The notes beneath the pieces were generated by a model. It did no database searches. It saw only the letters and a list, made by a program, of their open reading frames with translations, and was not told the DNA's origin. Position numbers and translations under genes: made by a program. From positions 21,300 to 85,299 of the forward strand of contig JBHJOF010000078.1 of assembly GCA_050330055.1 (NCBI GenBank): a stretch of 64,000 nt of DNA, read 5' to 3'. Of the stretch, positions 55,213-64,000 are shown one piece after another. The DNA is from Kiloniellales bacterium (GTDB lineage: Bacteria; Pseudomonadota; Alphaproteobacteria; Kiloniellales; JAKSDN01). Position 1 is the first letter of the stretch. The number at the start of each line of letters is the position of its first letter.

Positions 55213-55916
55213 GAAACCTCCAGCCAGTCGCGCCGGATGTCCGGCCGTTCGCGCAGCGCCTCGGGCGGGCCGGAGAAGACGATCTCGCCGTGTCCCATGA
55301 CGAAGATGCGCTGGGCGACCTTGAGGGCGATGGTCAGCTTTTGCTCGACCAGCACCACCGCCACGCCGCGGCGCTGGATGTCGAGGATCACCTCCAGGAC
55401 GACCTCGACGATCTTGGGCGCCAGCCCCTCGGTCGGCTCGTCGATCAGCAGCACCTTCGGGTTGCCGAGCAGCGAGCGGCATATGGTCAGCATCTGCTGC
55501 TCGCCGCCGGAGAGATTGCCGGCCCGCATGTCGCGGCGCTCCTTGAGGCGCGGGAAGTAGCGGTACATGTCCTCCTGCGTCCAGCCGGTCGCTCCTGCCG
55601 GCGCGGGCTGCACGCCCATGTCCAGGTTCTCCGCCACGCTGAGATTGGGAAACACCAGCCGCTCTTCCGGCACGTAGCCGAGGCCGGCGCGGGCGACGGC
55701 ATAGGGCCTTTGCCCGGTCAACTCGCGGCCGGCCAGGCGCACGTGCCCCTGGCTTGGCGGCACCAGTCCCATGATCGCCTTCAGGGTAGTCGAGCGTCCC
55801 GATCCATTGCGCCCGAGCAGGCTGAGAATGGCGCCTTCCTCGACGCTGAGGTCGACGCCGTGCAGGATGTGGCTCTTGCCGTAGTGGGCGTGCAGGCCTT
55901 CCACTTCGAGAAGCAT
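55209..55916 (-). CDS. Branched-chain-amino-acid-type (HAAT) ABC transporter ATP-binding protein, LivF-like
   Basis: GRNGSGRST, LSGGEQQML and LLIDEPTEGLAP. Confidence 0.9.
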   Translation of the reverse strand: MLLEVEGLHAHYGKSHILHGVDLSVEEGAILSLLGRNGSGRSTTLKAIMGLVPPSQGHVRLAGRELTGQRPYAVARAGLGYVPEERLVFPNLSVAENLDMGVQPAPAGATGWTQEDMYRYFPRLKERRDMRAGNLSGGEQQMLTICRSLLGNPKVLLIDEPTEGLAPKIVEVVLEVILDIQRRGVAVVLVEQKLTIALKVAQRIFVMGHGEIVFSGPPEALRERPDIRRDWLEVS

Positions 55917-56671
55917 CAGGCGACCTCCTCGCCGAGATAGGCTTCCTGAACCTCGCGGTTGTTGCGGATCTCGTCGGGCGTACCGGTCGCGAGAATGTTG
56001 CCGTAGACCAGCACCGATATGCGGTCGCAGAGACTGAAGACTACGCTCATGTCGTGCTCCACGACGAGCAGGGTCTTGCCTTGGGTTACCTCGCGGATCA
56101 GCTCGACCGAACGGTCGGTTTCCTCCCGCGACATGCCGGAGGTCGGCTCGTCCAGCAGGATGACTTCGGCGCCCGTGGCCAGGGTCATGCCAATCTCCAG
56201 CGCGCGCTGCTCCGAATAGGTGAGGTCGCCGGCCGGGTCCCGGGACCTGTGGGCCAGGCGCACGCGCACCAGGATCTCCTCGGTTTCGCGATTGACGGCC
56301 GAAAGCCGGGAGACCGGGCGGAACAGGGCATAGCGGATGCCGTGCCGCGCCATGACGCCGATGCGCAGGTTCTCGAACACCGACAACCGGTGAAAGATGT
56401 TGGTAATCTGGAAGGAGCGCGACAGGCCGCGGCGGTTGATCTGGTGCGGCGGCAGGCCCGAGATGCGCTGCCCGCGCAGGCGAATCTCGCCGGCGGTCGG
56501 CGAGAACATGCCGGAGATCAGGTTGAAGAGCGTCGACTTGCCGGCGCCATTGGGCCCGATGACGGCATGACGCTCCCCCGGGGCGACCTTGAGGTTGACT
56601 CCGTTCATGACGACGAGCGGCCCGAAGGCCATGCCGAGGTTGTGCAGCTCAAGCAGGGGCGTCGCGGCCAT
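55916..56671 (-). CDS. HAAT ABC transporter ATP-binding protein, LivG-like
   Basis: GPNGAGKST, YSEQRALEI and ILLDEPTSGM. Confidence 0.9.
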   Translation of the reverse strand: MAATPLLELHNLGMAFGPLVVMNGVNLKVAPGERHAVIGPNGAGKSTLFNLISGMFSPTAGEIRLRGQRISGLPPHQINRRGLSRSFQITNIFHRLSVFENLRIGVMARHGIRYALFRPVSRLSAVNRETEEILVRVRLAHRSRDPAGDLTYSEQRALEIGMTLATGAEVILLDEPTSGMSREETDRSVELIREVTQGKTLLVVEHDMSVVFSLCDRISVLVYGNILATGTPDEIRNNREVQEAYLGEEVA

Positions 56672-56675
56672 GGTA

Positions 56676-57962
56676 CTAGGCTCCCTGCGGCTGTTCGAGC
56701 TCGGGCTTGAAGCGCTCCGCCTCGGCGCGCTCCAGCACGCGGTCCCAGACGGCGCGCAGCCGCGTCCTTGCCCGCGGCAGGAGCAGGCCGCCGAGGCCGG
56801 CGAGCAGCACCGGGACGATCCAGGTCAAAGGACTGAAAGGTGCCCACTGAGCGCCGAAGAGCGTGAAGGGCGGGAAGCCCATGTCGGCCTGGCGGCGTGC
56901 CACAAGGTACCCCGGGGAGAACAGCACGTCGAAGGCTTCGATCATGAAGACCGCCGCGCCGGCGAGGCAGAGGCCGGATAGTAAGGACAAGAGGTAGGGC
57001 AGGGCCAGCTCGTGCCCGCGCAGACGCCTCCAGTGCGCGATATGAACCTGGACCACCCCGCCGATGCCATGCGGCGCGTAGAGCATGACCAGCACGAAAA
57101 TGAGGCCCTGATAGAGCAGCCAGGAGCGCGTCACGTCGGAGACCAGCGAGGCGAAGAGGGTGAAGATGCTGGCTCCGATGATCGGCCCGAAGAAGACGGT
57201 CGAGCCGCCGACGAAGGTGTGCAGCACCACCTGGGCGGAGATATGGGTCGAGAACAGCGTGTAGTTCGCGGTCTCGTTGGAGATCGCAAGGAGGGCGCCG
57301 GCGACGCCGGAGAACATGGCCGAGACCGCGAAGATGATGACCTTGGTGGTATGTGCGTTGTAGCCCAGGAAACGGACGCGCTGCTCGTTGTCGCGCAGTG
57401 CCAGCGTCAGTCGCCCGAAGGGCGTGCGCGTATAGCCCCACAGCAGGGCGATGCTGCCCACGGTCCAGGCCAGGGCCAGATAGTAGACCTCCAGCGAGGA
57501 GCCGAAAGTGAAGCCGGCCCAGGGCAGGCGCATTGATGACAGGCCAGCCTCGCCGCCGAACAGGCCCTGCCAGTGGGGGGCGAGGGAATGCAGCAGTTCG
57601 GCGATGGCCAGCGTAACGAGCGCGAAGTACACGCCGGAGCGTATGGTCGCGAAATAGCCTGTGACGGCGCCCACCAGGAAGGCACAGAGCGCACCGGCCA
57701 GCGGCAGGAGCGGTGTTGGAAAGGGGACCAGCTGATCCTCGATCACCAGCATGAGGTGAAGCGTGGCGAAGGCACCGACACTGAAAAACGCTGCGTGTCC
57801 GAAGGACAGCAGGCCGGCCTGGCCGATCAGCAGGTTGAAGGCTACCGCGAAGAGCGACGCGATCAACATGTTCGTCATCGCGTTCTGCAGACCGATGTGG
57901 AGGAACGGGGGAACTGCCAGCAGAATGGCAAGAAGCACGGCGATTGCTGCAAGTCGCGCCAT
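56676..57962 (-). CDS. HAAT ABC transporter permease, LivM-like
   Basis: 428-aa polytopic protein with the GQAGLLSFGHAAF block typical of LivM. Confidence 0.88.
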   Translation of the reverse strand: MARLAAIAVLLAILLAVPPFLHIGLQNAMTNMLIASLFAVAFNLLIGQAGLLSFGHAAFFSVGAFATLHLMLVIEDQLVPFPTPLLPLAGALCAFLVGAVTGYFATIRSGVYFALVTLAIAELLHSLAPHWQGLFGGEAGLSSMRLPWAGFTFGSSLEVYYLALAWTVGSIALLWGYTRTPFGRLTLALRDNEQRVRFLGYNAHTTKVIIFAVSAMFSGVAGALLAISNETANYTLFSTHISAQVVLHTFVGGSTVFFGPIIGASIFTLFASLVSDVTRSWLLYQGLIFVLVMLYAPHGIGGVVQVHIAHWRRLRGHELALPYLLSLLSGLCLAGAAVFMIEAFDVLFSPGYLVARRQADMGFPPFTLFGAQWAPFSPLTWIVPVLLAGLGGLLLPRARTRLRAVWDRVLERAEAERFKPELEQPQGA

Positions 57963-57977
57963 GGCCGGCCCCCGCTC

Positions 57978-58919
57978 TCAGTTGCGCTCGCCCATGAGGC
58001 CGGCCGGGCGGACCAGCAGCACGATGAGCATCAGCAGGAACGGCACGGTTCCGGAGATGGAGGAGAGGGTGAGCGTGAAGAGCCCGCCTATGTCGCGGGC
58101 CCAACTGCCCAACCCGACCCAGTCGAGCGCGCCGGCCAGCGACCAGTCGAGCCCGACGGCGAAGGAGCTGAACAGGCCGATCATGAGGGCCGCGAGCAGC
58201 GAGCCTTCCAGCGAGCCCAGGCCGCCCACAACGACGACGACGAAGACGATCACGCCGAGCTCGAGCGCCATGTTTGGATTGGTCGGGAAGAAGGCGCCGG
58301 CCACAGCGCCGCCCAGTCCGGCCAGGGCCGCGCCGGTGCCGAAGACGCCCATGAAGACCAAGGGCACGTTGTGGCCGAGAGCTTCGGCCATGGTCGGCAG
58401 GCGCTCGGCCGCGCGGACCACTAGGCCGGCGCGGGTGCGCGAGAGCAGCAAGTAGAGGATGACGAACATGCCGACCGCCACCATGCCGATGAACAGGCGG
58501 TAGAAGGGGTAGTTCGTGCCGAAGATGGTGAAAGCCGGAAAGCGCAAGTAGTCCGGCATGGCGTAGTTGACGGGGAAGTCGCCGTAGAAGAGCTTGATGA
58601 CCTCCTCGAAGATGAAGGCAAGCCCGAAGGTCAGCAGCAGCTCGTGGGCGTGCCCGTACCTATGCACGCGGCGCAGCAGATAGCGCTCCACCAGAATGCC
58701 CAGCAGGCCGACGAAAAGTGGCGCCAGCAGCAGGCCGACCCAGAAGTCGACCAAGGTCGTGATGGTATAGGCGATGTAGGCGCCCAGCATGTAGAAGCTG
58801 GCGTGCGCGAAGTTGAGCACGCCCATCATGCCGAAGATGAGCGTCAGCCCGGACGACACCATGAAGAGGAGCAGCCCGTAGATAACGCCGTTCAATATGG
58901 ATATGACATAGAATTCCAT
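57978..58919 (-). CDS. HAAT ABC transporter permease, LivH-like
   Basis: 313-aa polytopic protein with the GVLNFAHASFYMLGAY block typical of LivH. Confidence 0.88.
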   Translation of the reverse strand: MEFYVISILNGVIYGLLLFMVSSGLTLIFGMMGVLNFAHASFYMLGAYIAYTITTLVDFWVGLLLAPLFVGLLGILVERYLLRRVHRYGHAHELLLTFGLAFIFEEVIKLFYGDFPVNYAMPDYLRFPAFTIFGTNYPFYRLFIGMVAVGMFVILYLLLSRTRAGLVVRAAERLPTMAEALGHNVPLVFMGVFGTGAALAGLGGAVAGAFFPTNPNMALELGVIVFVVVVVGGLGSLEGSLLAALMIGLFSSFAVGLDWSLAGALDWVGLGSWARDIGGLFTLTLSSISGTVPFLLMLIVLLVRPAGLMGERN

Positions 58920-59000
58920 TGCCGGCGCGCTCTCCAGTGCGGTTGGCTGCCTGCGGGACGCCGAGACTCGGTCGCCGACGACGCCGATCGGGGGCGGTGC

Positions 59001-59031
59001 GGCCGGGCGTGCCGTCGGGGCGCGCCCGGCC
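59001..59031 (-). other. Intercistronic hairpin after the binding-protein gene (9-bp GC stem)
   Basis: GGCCGGGCG-N13-CGCCCGGCC, read directly. Confidence 0.4.
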
Positions 59032-59043
59032 AGGTCCGTCGAA

Positions 59044-60285
59044 TCAGGACGGCCGCTTCATGCTGCAGGAGTCCTGCACCGGGTAGATCGCATCGGCGCC
59101 GGGGACAACCTTGACGACCCCGAAGCCCATGTTGGTGTCGTCCACCGGATACTTGGGATCCTTGACGACCTGGGAGACCACCACCGGCAGGATCGCCTGG
59201 TGATCCTCGCCACGGATGCTGATGGGACCGATCGGCGTATCGATCGAGGCTTCCTCCAGCGCCTGTGCGATCTCCGTCGTCTTGATCTCGGCGCCGCCGA
59301 AGTCGATTTTTTCCAGCGCAGCGCGCAGCATGCGAATGGCATTGACCGTCTGCGGCTCGATGTAGACCGGCAGATGGCCGGTCTTCCCCTTGTAGTCGTC
59401 CGGGAAGTCGGAATCGTCGGCCGCGATATTATAGGTATGCGCTAGATAGTGGCCGACGGCGGTCTCGCCGGCATTGGCGATGTTGCCGACCTGGTCGAGG
59501 AAGGTGGTGCCGAAGCGCACCTTAAGTCCGGCGTCACCCGCCGCCTTCATGAGCAGCAGCAGGTCGTTGGACCAGTTGCCGGTGATGACGGTGTCCGGTT
59601 TGGCATCCTTTATCTTCGCGACGAAGGGCGCGAAGTCCTGGATCTTGTTCACCTCGTGCAGCACCTTCTCGACCACCTCGTAATCGCCCGGTTGAGCGGC
59701 GTCGACGATGGCCGCCTCCATGTCGGTGCCCCAGGAGTAGTTCTGGTTGATCGAGTAGACCCGCGAGCCGAGATCGCCTGATTCCTTCATGGCGTCGACC
59801 AGGGCGTTGACCCGCATCGGTGCCGTGGTCGTGAAGCGGAAGTGGTAGAAGTGGCATTTGTCGCCGGTGAGCTCGAGCGCTTCGGCGCCGAGATTCAGGT
59901 ACATGATCTCGTTGCCGGGATTGCGCAGGTTGTGCTTGCGCACGTCCTCGGTGACCTGGCCGGCGATGGCCGAGGAGGCACCCTGCAGGACGATGTGCAC
60001 GCCGTCGGCAACCGCCTGCTTGAACTTGTCGGCCGCGCCGGTCGTGCCGCCGGCATTGTCGTATTCGATCACCTCGATCGGCGCGCCGTTGAAGCCGCCC
60101 TTCGCATTGATGTCGTCGACCACGTACTTCGCGGCCGTGGCAAAGAGCCTGCCGGTCGAAGTCTGGGCGCCGGAGAGCGACTCGATGATGCCGATTTTCA
60201 GGGATTCCGCTTGCACCGATCCGGCGGACAGGCCAAGCGTGACGACGGCCAGGCTCGCGGCAAGGCCAAAGACTCTGCGCTTCAT
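59044..60285 (-). CDS. Periplasmic ligand-binding protein, type-I PBP (LivK/amide/aromatic-acid-type)
   Basis: 413 aa. Signal peptide MKRRVFGLAASLAVVTLGLSAGSVQA, then ESLKIGIIESLSG.... Confidence 0.88.
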   Translation of the reverse strand: MKRRVFGLAASLAVVTLGLSAGSVQAESLKIGIIESLSGAQTSTGRLFATAAKYVVDDINAKGGFNGAPIEVIEYDNAGGTTGAADKFKQAVADGVHIVLQGASSAIAGQVTEDVRKHNLRNPGNEIMYLNLGAEALELTGDKCHFYHFRFTTTAPMRVNALVDAMKESGDLGSRVYSINQNYSWGTDMEAAIVDAAQPGDYEVVEKVLHEVNKIQDFAPFVAKIKDAKPDTVITGNWSNDLLLLMKAAGDAGLKVRFGTTFLDQVGNIANAGETAVGHYLAHTYNIAADDSDFPDDYKGKTGHLPVYIEPQTVNAIRMLRAALEKIDFGGAEIKTTEIAQALEEASIDTPIGPISIRGEDHQAILPVVVSQVVKDPKYPVDDTNMGFGVVKVVPGADAIYPVQDSCSMKRPS

Positions 60286-60358
60286 CTGTATCCTCCCACT
60301 TGTTTGCTCAAGGTTTGCATTGACTTAGTCCATTCCGATCTGCGCTCGATGGGCCCGG

Positions 60359-61195
60359 TCATCGCGTCGGGCCCGCTATGGCCGCTTCCCGCTGAGCCTT
60401 CGCCATGGGCACGGCTCCTATGAAATCGGCCAGAAGGCGTACCTGGGCATCGAGCATGTGGCGCCCGTGGTGCAGGCTGCAGCCGCATTGCGCCGCACGG
60501 GCCAGCAGCGCTGTGGTCTCGGGTTTCATGATCACCTCGGCCACGATCATCTCCGGCGTCAGTTTGTCCGCCGCGAGCGGCAGCGGATCGTCTGCCCGAA
60601 GGCCGAGGGACGTTGCGTTGATGATCAGCTCATGGTTGCCCGGCTCCGCCGGGCCGGCACGCACGTCGCAGGCCGGGAAGGGCTGCTTGACCTTTGCCGC
60701 AAGGGCCTCGGCCTTTGCCGCCGTGCGGTTGGCGATGGTCAGGCCCACGCAGCCTTGCGCGGCCAGGGCAAAGGCGATGGCCGAGGCGGCGCCGCCGGCG
60801 CCCACTAGCAGCACGCGCCGTCCCGCCGGGTCGTACCCTTGCCGCAGCAGGCCTTCGACGAAGCCCCGGCCGTCGAACATGTCGCAGTGCATGCGGCCAT
60901 CGGCATCGCGCCGCACGGCGTTGGCCGCACCGACCTGTCGGGCCGCGGCGCCGACGTGGTCACAGAGAGCCAGAATCGCGGATTTGTGCGGCAGGGTGAC
61001 CACCAGACCGCCCAGGTTGCGCAGGCGGCGCAGTCCGCCCCAGACGGCCTCCAGGTCGTCTGCTTTCACGTGCAGGGGCACCAGCACCGCGTCGGCGCCA
61101 TGACTCGCGAAGTAGGCGTTCATGACCTCGGGCGTGCGCACGTGCCCGACCGGATCGGCGAGGATTCCGAATAGCTTGGTCTGGCCGGTGATCAT
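60359..61195 (-). CDS. Shikimate/quinate dehydrogenase-family protein (AroE-like)
   Basis: 278 aa. FGILADPVGHVRTPEVMN, VTLPHK, and the Rossmann block LLVGAGGAASAIA. Confidence 0.82.
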   Translation of the reverse strand: MITGQTKLFGILADPVGHVRTPEVMNAYFASHGADAVLVPLHVKADDLEAVWGGLRRLRNLGGLVVTLPHKSAILALCDHVGAAARQVGAANAVRRDADGRMHCDMFDGRGFVEGLLRQGYDPAGRRVLLVGAGGAASAIAFALAAQGCVGLTIANRTAAKAEALAAKVKQPFPACDVRAGPAEPGNHELIINATSLGLRADDPLPLAADKLTPEMIVAEVIMKPETTALLARAAQCGCSLHHGRHMLDAQVRLLADFIGAVPMAKAQREAAIAGPTR

Positions 61196-61280
61196 CTCTA
61201 GCGCCTAGAGCGTCTCCCTGGTGGCGGCTTCCTGGCCGGCACCCCGTTTTCATTGTCGCCCTTTTTTAGCAGGTTATATG

Positions 61281-61293
61281 CTTGTCTGACAAG
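61281..61293. promoter_or_regulatory. Perfect palindrome CTTGTC-T-GACAAG (matches the FadR/GntR consensus t.GT.N.AC.a)
   Basis: It lies in the divergent promoter region between the AroE-like gene and the SDR/GntR genes, about 90 bp upstream of the SDR ATG. Confidence 0.45.
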
Positions 61294-61384
61294 TAGCTTT
61301 CGCCTAGGCTACGGTGCAAAAGACGCAGTCGGCCTCGTCCGCGCTGATCTTGGCGCCGTGCAGCGGCGGCTCTCGGGAGGAAAG

Positions 61385-62125
61385 ATGTTCAGCTTCCAAG
61401 GCAAGGTGCTGGTGCTGACTGGCGCTAACGGCGGGATCACCCGCGCGATCGCGCGCACTTTCTTCGAGCTGGGCGCCAATCTCCTGCTCACAGACGTGGA
61501 GGAGGCCGGGATTGCAGCCTTCGCAGAGGAGCTGGACTCGAAGGGCGAGAGGGTCGTCTCGCTCAGGCATGACGCGCGCAGATCCGAGGACGCGCAGTTC
61601 CTGGCCGGGCTCTGCCGACAGCGATTCGGCGGCGCCGACTTCCTGGTGACTGGCGCCGGTCTCTATCGCGACCAGCTGGTCGAAAGCATGTCGGACGAGC
61701 AGTGGCGCGAGACCATCGCTATCAACCTGGACGGCGTCTTTTACAGCTGCCGTGCCCTCATTCCGCTGCTGCGCGACGGCGGTGCGATTGTAAACATCGC
61801 CTCGATGGCCGGCCATCGCGGTAGCTATCAGCATGCCCACTACGCGGCGGCGAAGGGCGCAGTGCTCAGCTTTTCCCGGTCTCTGGCCCTGGAGCTGGCC
61901 CCCCGTATCCGAGTCAATACGGTCTCGCCGGGGCTCATCGACACGCCGTTGATCAAGCCGCTGCTGGCGGCCAAGGGCGACGAGCTGATCCGCTCGACGC
62001 CACTGAAGCGGTTGGGAACACCGGACGAGGTGGCCCGCGTGATCGCCTTCCTCTGCAGTGACTGGGCAAGCTTCGTGAACGGTGAGTCGGTGCATATCAA
62101 TGGCGGGCTCTATATTGTGAGTTAG
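61385..62125 (+). CDS. Short-chain dehydrogenase/reductase
   Basis: Trimmed to MFSFQGKVLVLTGANGGITRAIA.... The YAAAK (YxxxK) motif and the PGLIDTP block are present. Confidence 0.9.
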   Translation: MFSFQGKVLVLTGANGGITRAIARTFFELGANLLLTDVEEAGIAAFAEELDSKGERVVSLRHDARRSEDAQFLAGLCRQRFGGADFLVTGAGLYRDQLVESMSDEQWRETIAINLDGVFYSCRALIPLLRDGGAIVNIASMAGHRGSYQHAHYAAAKGAVLSFSRSLALELAPRIRVNTVSPGLIDTPLIKPLLAAKGDELIRSTPLKRLGTPDEVARVIAFLCSDWASFVNGESVHINGGLYIVS

Positions 62126-62150
62126 CACGGTTGCGGGAGCGAGTCGGCCA

Positions 62151-62909
62151 ATGGCCTCAGAATTTTCCTCTACGGGCAAGCTGAAGCGGGCGCCGGCCAT
62201 GCCGGACGAGATCGCGAAGCTGCTGCGCGGCGAGATCTACAGGGGCACTCTGAAGCCCGGCGACCGCCTGCCCACTGAGCAACAGCTCTGCCAGATGTTC
62301 GGCGTGAGCCGGCCGGTCATACGGGAGGCCATCTCGCGGCTCAAGTACGGCGGCGTGCTCGAGTCGTTTCAGGGCCGGGGCGTCTTCGTCTCGCAGAGCG
62401 GCGAGGAGTCGCTGTTCCGCCTGGATGACCCCGATCTCGACAATAAGAAGGAGCTGGAGCACATCCTCGAGCTTCTGGTCGCAGTCGAGGTCGCGGCGAC
62501 GGGCATGGCGGCGGCGCGGCGCTCGAAGCGCCAGCTTCAAGCCATCAACGCGGCCCTGAATGACATGGCCAGCGCGATCGAGCAGGGGCGGAGCGGCGTG
62601 GACGAGGATGTCCGGTTTCATGGCGAGATCGTCGAAGCGACCGGCAATCCCTTCTTTATCGCGTTCATTGGCTTCCTGGAGAACCGAGTGCGCAACCTGA
62701 TACGCGCGGCGCGCACCAACACGGCCCGCTTCGAGGGGCTCGCCTACGAGGTCCAGAAGGAGCACGTGGCCATCTACGAGGCGATCGCCGCCGGCGATCC
62801 AGAGCTGGCCAAGGCAGCCGCGGAAAAACATCTGCGCAATGCAGCCGCGCGGCTGCAACTCTATCGGAAAGGGGACTCACGACCCCGTACCGCGATCAGG
62901 CAAGCCTGA
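62151..62909 (+). CDS. GntR-family (FadR/FCD) transcriptional regulator
   Basis: wHTH (LPTEQQLCQMFGVSRPVIREAISRLKYGGVLESFQGRG) plus an FCD domain. The start could instead be 62199. Confidence 0.88.
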   Translation: MASEFSSTGKLKRAPAMPDEIAKLLRGEIYRGTLKPGDRLPTEQQLCQMFGVSRPVIREAISRLKYGGVLESFQGRGVFVSQSGEESLFRLDDPDLDNKKELEHILELLVAVEVAATGMAAARRSKRQLQAINAALNDMASAIEQGRSGVDEDVRFHGEIVEATGNPFFIAFIGFLENRVRNLIRAARTNTARFEGLAYEVQKEHVAIYEAIAAGDPELAKAAAEKHLRNAAARLQLYRKGDSRPRTAIRQA

Positions 62910-63085
62910 GTCCACGAAGCGGCGGCTCGATGGTGTGCTCTTTGCGAGGTCCAGCGCCCCATGGCCATGCTCGGGGCATCACCATCGAACAATCTCCCAA
63001 ACCAGCATCTGTCCAGGAGCATCGCTCGAGCCTCTACGTCTGGAAATCTCTCAAGACAGTGCGTCCTATCCGCTCGACCAACGCC

Positions 63086-64000
63086 CTAGGGATGGGACGC
63101 GGTGACTAGGGACGGGACGCGCTGGGCCTCCGCAATGCTCCAGAGCGTCTCCATCATGCGGTCGATCTCGGCTTCCGACAGGGCCGCGCCGGCGGCGGCC
63201 AGCATGCGCGCCTTGCAGTCGATCTCGGCGCGCGAGAGGGTGTTTCCCGGATCGCCCTTGGGCTCGTCGACCCGGCCGGCGAGGCTTCGCCCGTCGCGCG
63301 TCCGGACCGTGACCTTGCCGATCCAGCGCGCCGGATAGGCCGCATCCACCTCGGCATCCAGTTCCATGGTCACGCGGTCGAGGAAGGCGAGCGCCGCCTC
63401 GTCCTCGAGCACGCCGGCGAAGTCGCCAAGCCCTGCGCTGCGGTGCGCGGCGATCAGGCCGAGCGCCGCCGGCATCGAGAACTTTGCTTGGTGCACGCTC
63501 CGGGGGTTGGTCACCGGGCCCAGCACGTCGATCGCGCCCTGATGCACGTGGGCGGTGATCGAGGCGATGTCGTCCGGCCTCAGGTCATGTGCCGTGACCA
63601 CCTGCAGCAGCGCATCGGCCGCCGGATGGGTGTGGCGGCAGGAGGCGTGGTACTTGAACGAGGTCTCCAGCAGGGCCCAGCGCGTACCCAGGCGGTCGGT
63701 CAGCCTGGCCGGGTCGGCGTCCCCGGACATGCCGGCGGCCAGGCCCTGGGCGCCTTCCAGGATGCGGCCCGCGCCGGTGAAGCCGTCCTTCGCCAGATAG
63801 GCCGCGAGCAGGCCGTCGGCCGCTGCCTTTGCCGTGTGCAGCTGCTTGGAATCGGCGGCGTCGCGCAGAAACTCCCAGAGCCCGGCCGACTGCGTGCCGG
63901 CGGAGCCGAAGGCATGCAGCATGGCCCGCGCGTCGAGCCCGAGTAGCCGGCCCGTGGCCGCTGCGGCGGCGAAGGTGCCGGCGGTGCCCGTGGTGTGGAA
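63086..64000 (-). CDS. MmgE/PrpD-family protein (partial; N-terminus beyond the right window edge)
   Basis: C-terminal PrpD-type blocks are present (KYHASCRHTHPAADA, HQAKFSMPAALG). The frame remains open upstream of the track's internal Met to position 64000. Confidence 0.82.
   Translation of the reverse strand, partial: FHTTGTAGTFAAAAATGRLLGLDARAMLHAFGSAGTQSAGLWEFLRDAADSKQLHTAKAAADGLLAAYLAKDGFTGAGRILEGAQGLAAGMSGDADPARLTDRLGTRWALLETSFKYHASCRHTHPAADALLQVVTAHDLRPDDIASITAHVHQGAIDVLGPVTNPRSVHQAKFSMPAALGLIAAHRSAGLGDFAGVLEDEAALAFLDRVTMELDAEVDAAYPARWIGKVTVRTRDGRSLAGRVDEPKGDPGNTLSRAEIDCKARMLAAAGAALSEAEIDRMMETLWSIAEAQRVPSLVTASHP

Noticed and set aside
1-64000. Searched by eye for CRISPR arrays, rRNA/tRNA/tmRNA genes, transposases, integrases, toxin-antitoxin pairs and defence-system signatures.
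   Set aside because: None were seen. The only repeats are the three MITE-like elements and short hairpins. The alphaproteobacterial tmRNA tag-like string considered near 6600-6660 has no stop codon in the right place.

Overview
GC-rich, almost fully coding bacterial chromosome segment. Gene content and the dispersed FDKLSMR/LSLSKHE-type repeats suggest an alphaproteobacterium (Hyphomicrobiales-like); this is inference, since no searches were run. All calls come from reading the supplied translations and the DNA by eye. Start codons were re-picked using Shine-Dalgarno (SD) context and checked for frame against the ORF track.

Five modules:
(1) 1-6247, minus strand: a tightly coupled lipid head-group modification operon. 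It has a radical SAM enzyme, an HpnI-like GT2, an HpnK/YdjC-like deacetylase, an HpnL-like flippase-type membrane protein, a DegT aminotransferase and an FAD oxidoreductase.
(2) 7000-30765: a sulfite-centred island bracketed by two inverted copies of one MITE. It holds aprMBA, a degenerate CysH-like gene, sat plus a phosphoesterase, a TAXI-TRAP importer, and a four-gene methanesulfonate-monooxygenase-like operon (msmABCD, with the C-x-H-x26-C-x2-H Rieske motif). It also holds a lone cNMP-binding protein, a Tat-exported SoxCD/SorAB-like sulfite dehydrogenase, and a LysR-controlled tauE/gcvT-like/panB-like operon.
(3) 31259-41165: a clade-I nosRZDFYLX N2O-reductase cluster with an apparent 1-nt frameshift in nosY and a divergent rubrerythrin-like gene.
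(4) 41836-52155: a GntR-controlled sugar/sugar-acid locus. It has a CUT1-type ABC importer, a LigI-like lactonase, an IlvD/Edd dehydratase and a VOC protein, and it encloses a split AtuA-like DUF1446/DUF4387 pair.
(5) 52175-64000: a fused TPP E1 alpha-beta enzyme, SDRs, a Liv-type ABC importer, a shikimate-dehydrogenase-family gene, a GntR regulator and a partial MmgE/PrpD gene.

No rRNA, tRNA, CRISPR array, transposase, integrase or defence genes were seen. The best candidate for a previously undescribed system is module 2. It appears to be a self-contained unit that imports a C1 sulfonate, splits it to sulfite plus a C1 unit, oxidises sulfite by two routes, and exports it.
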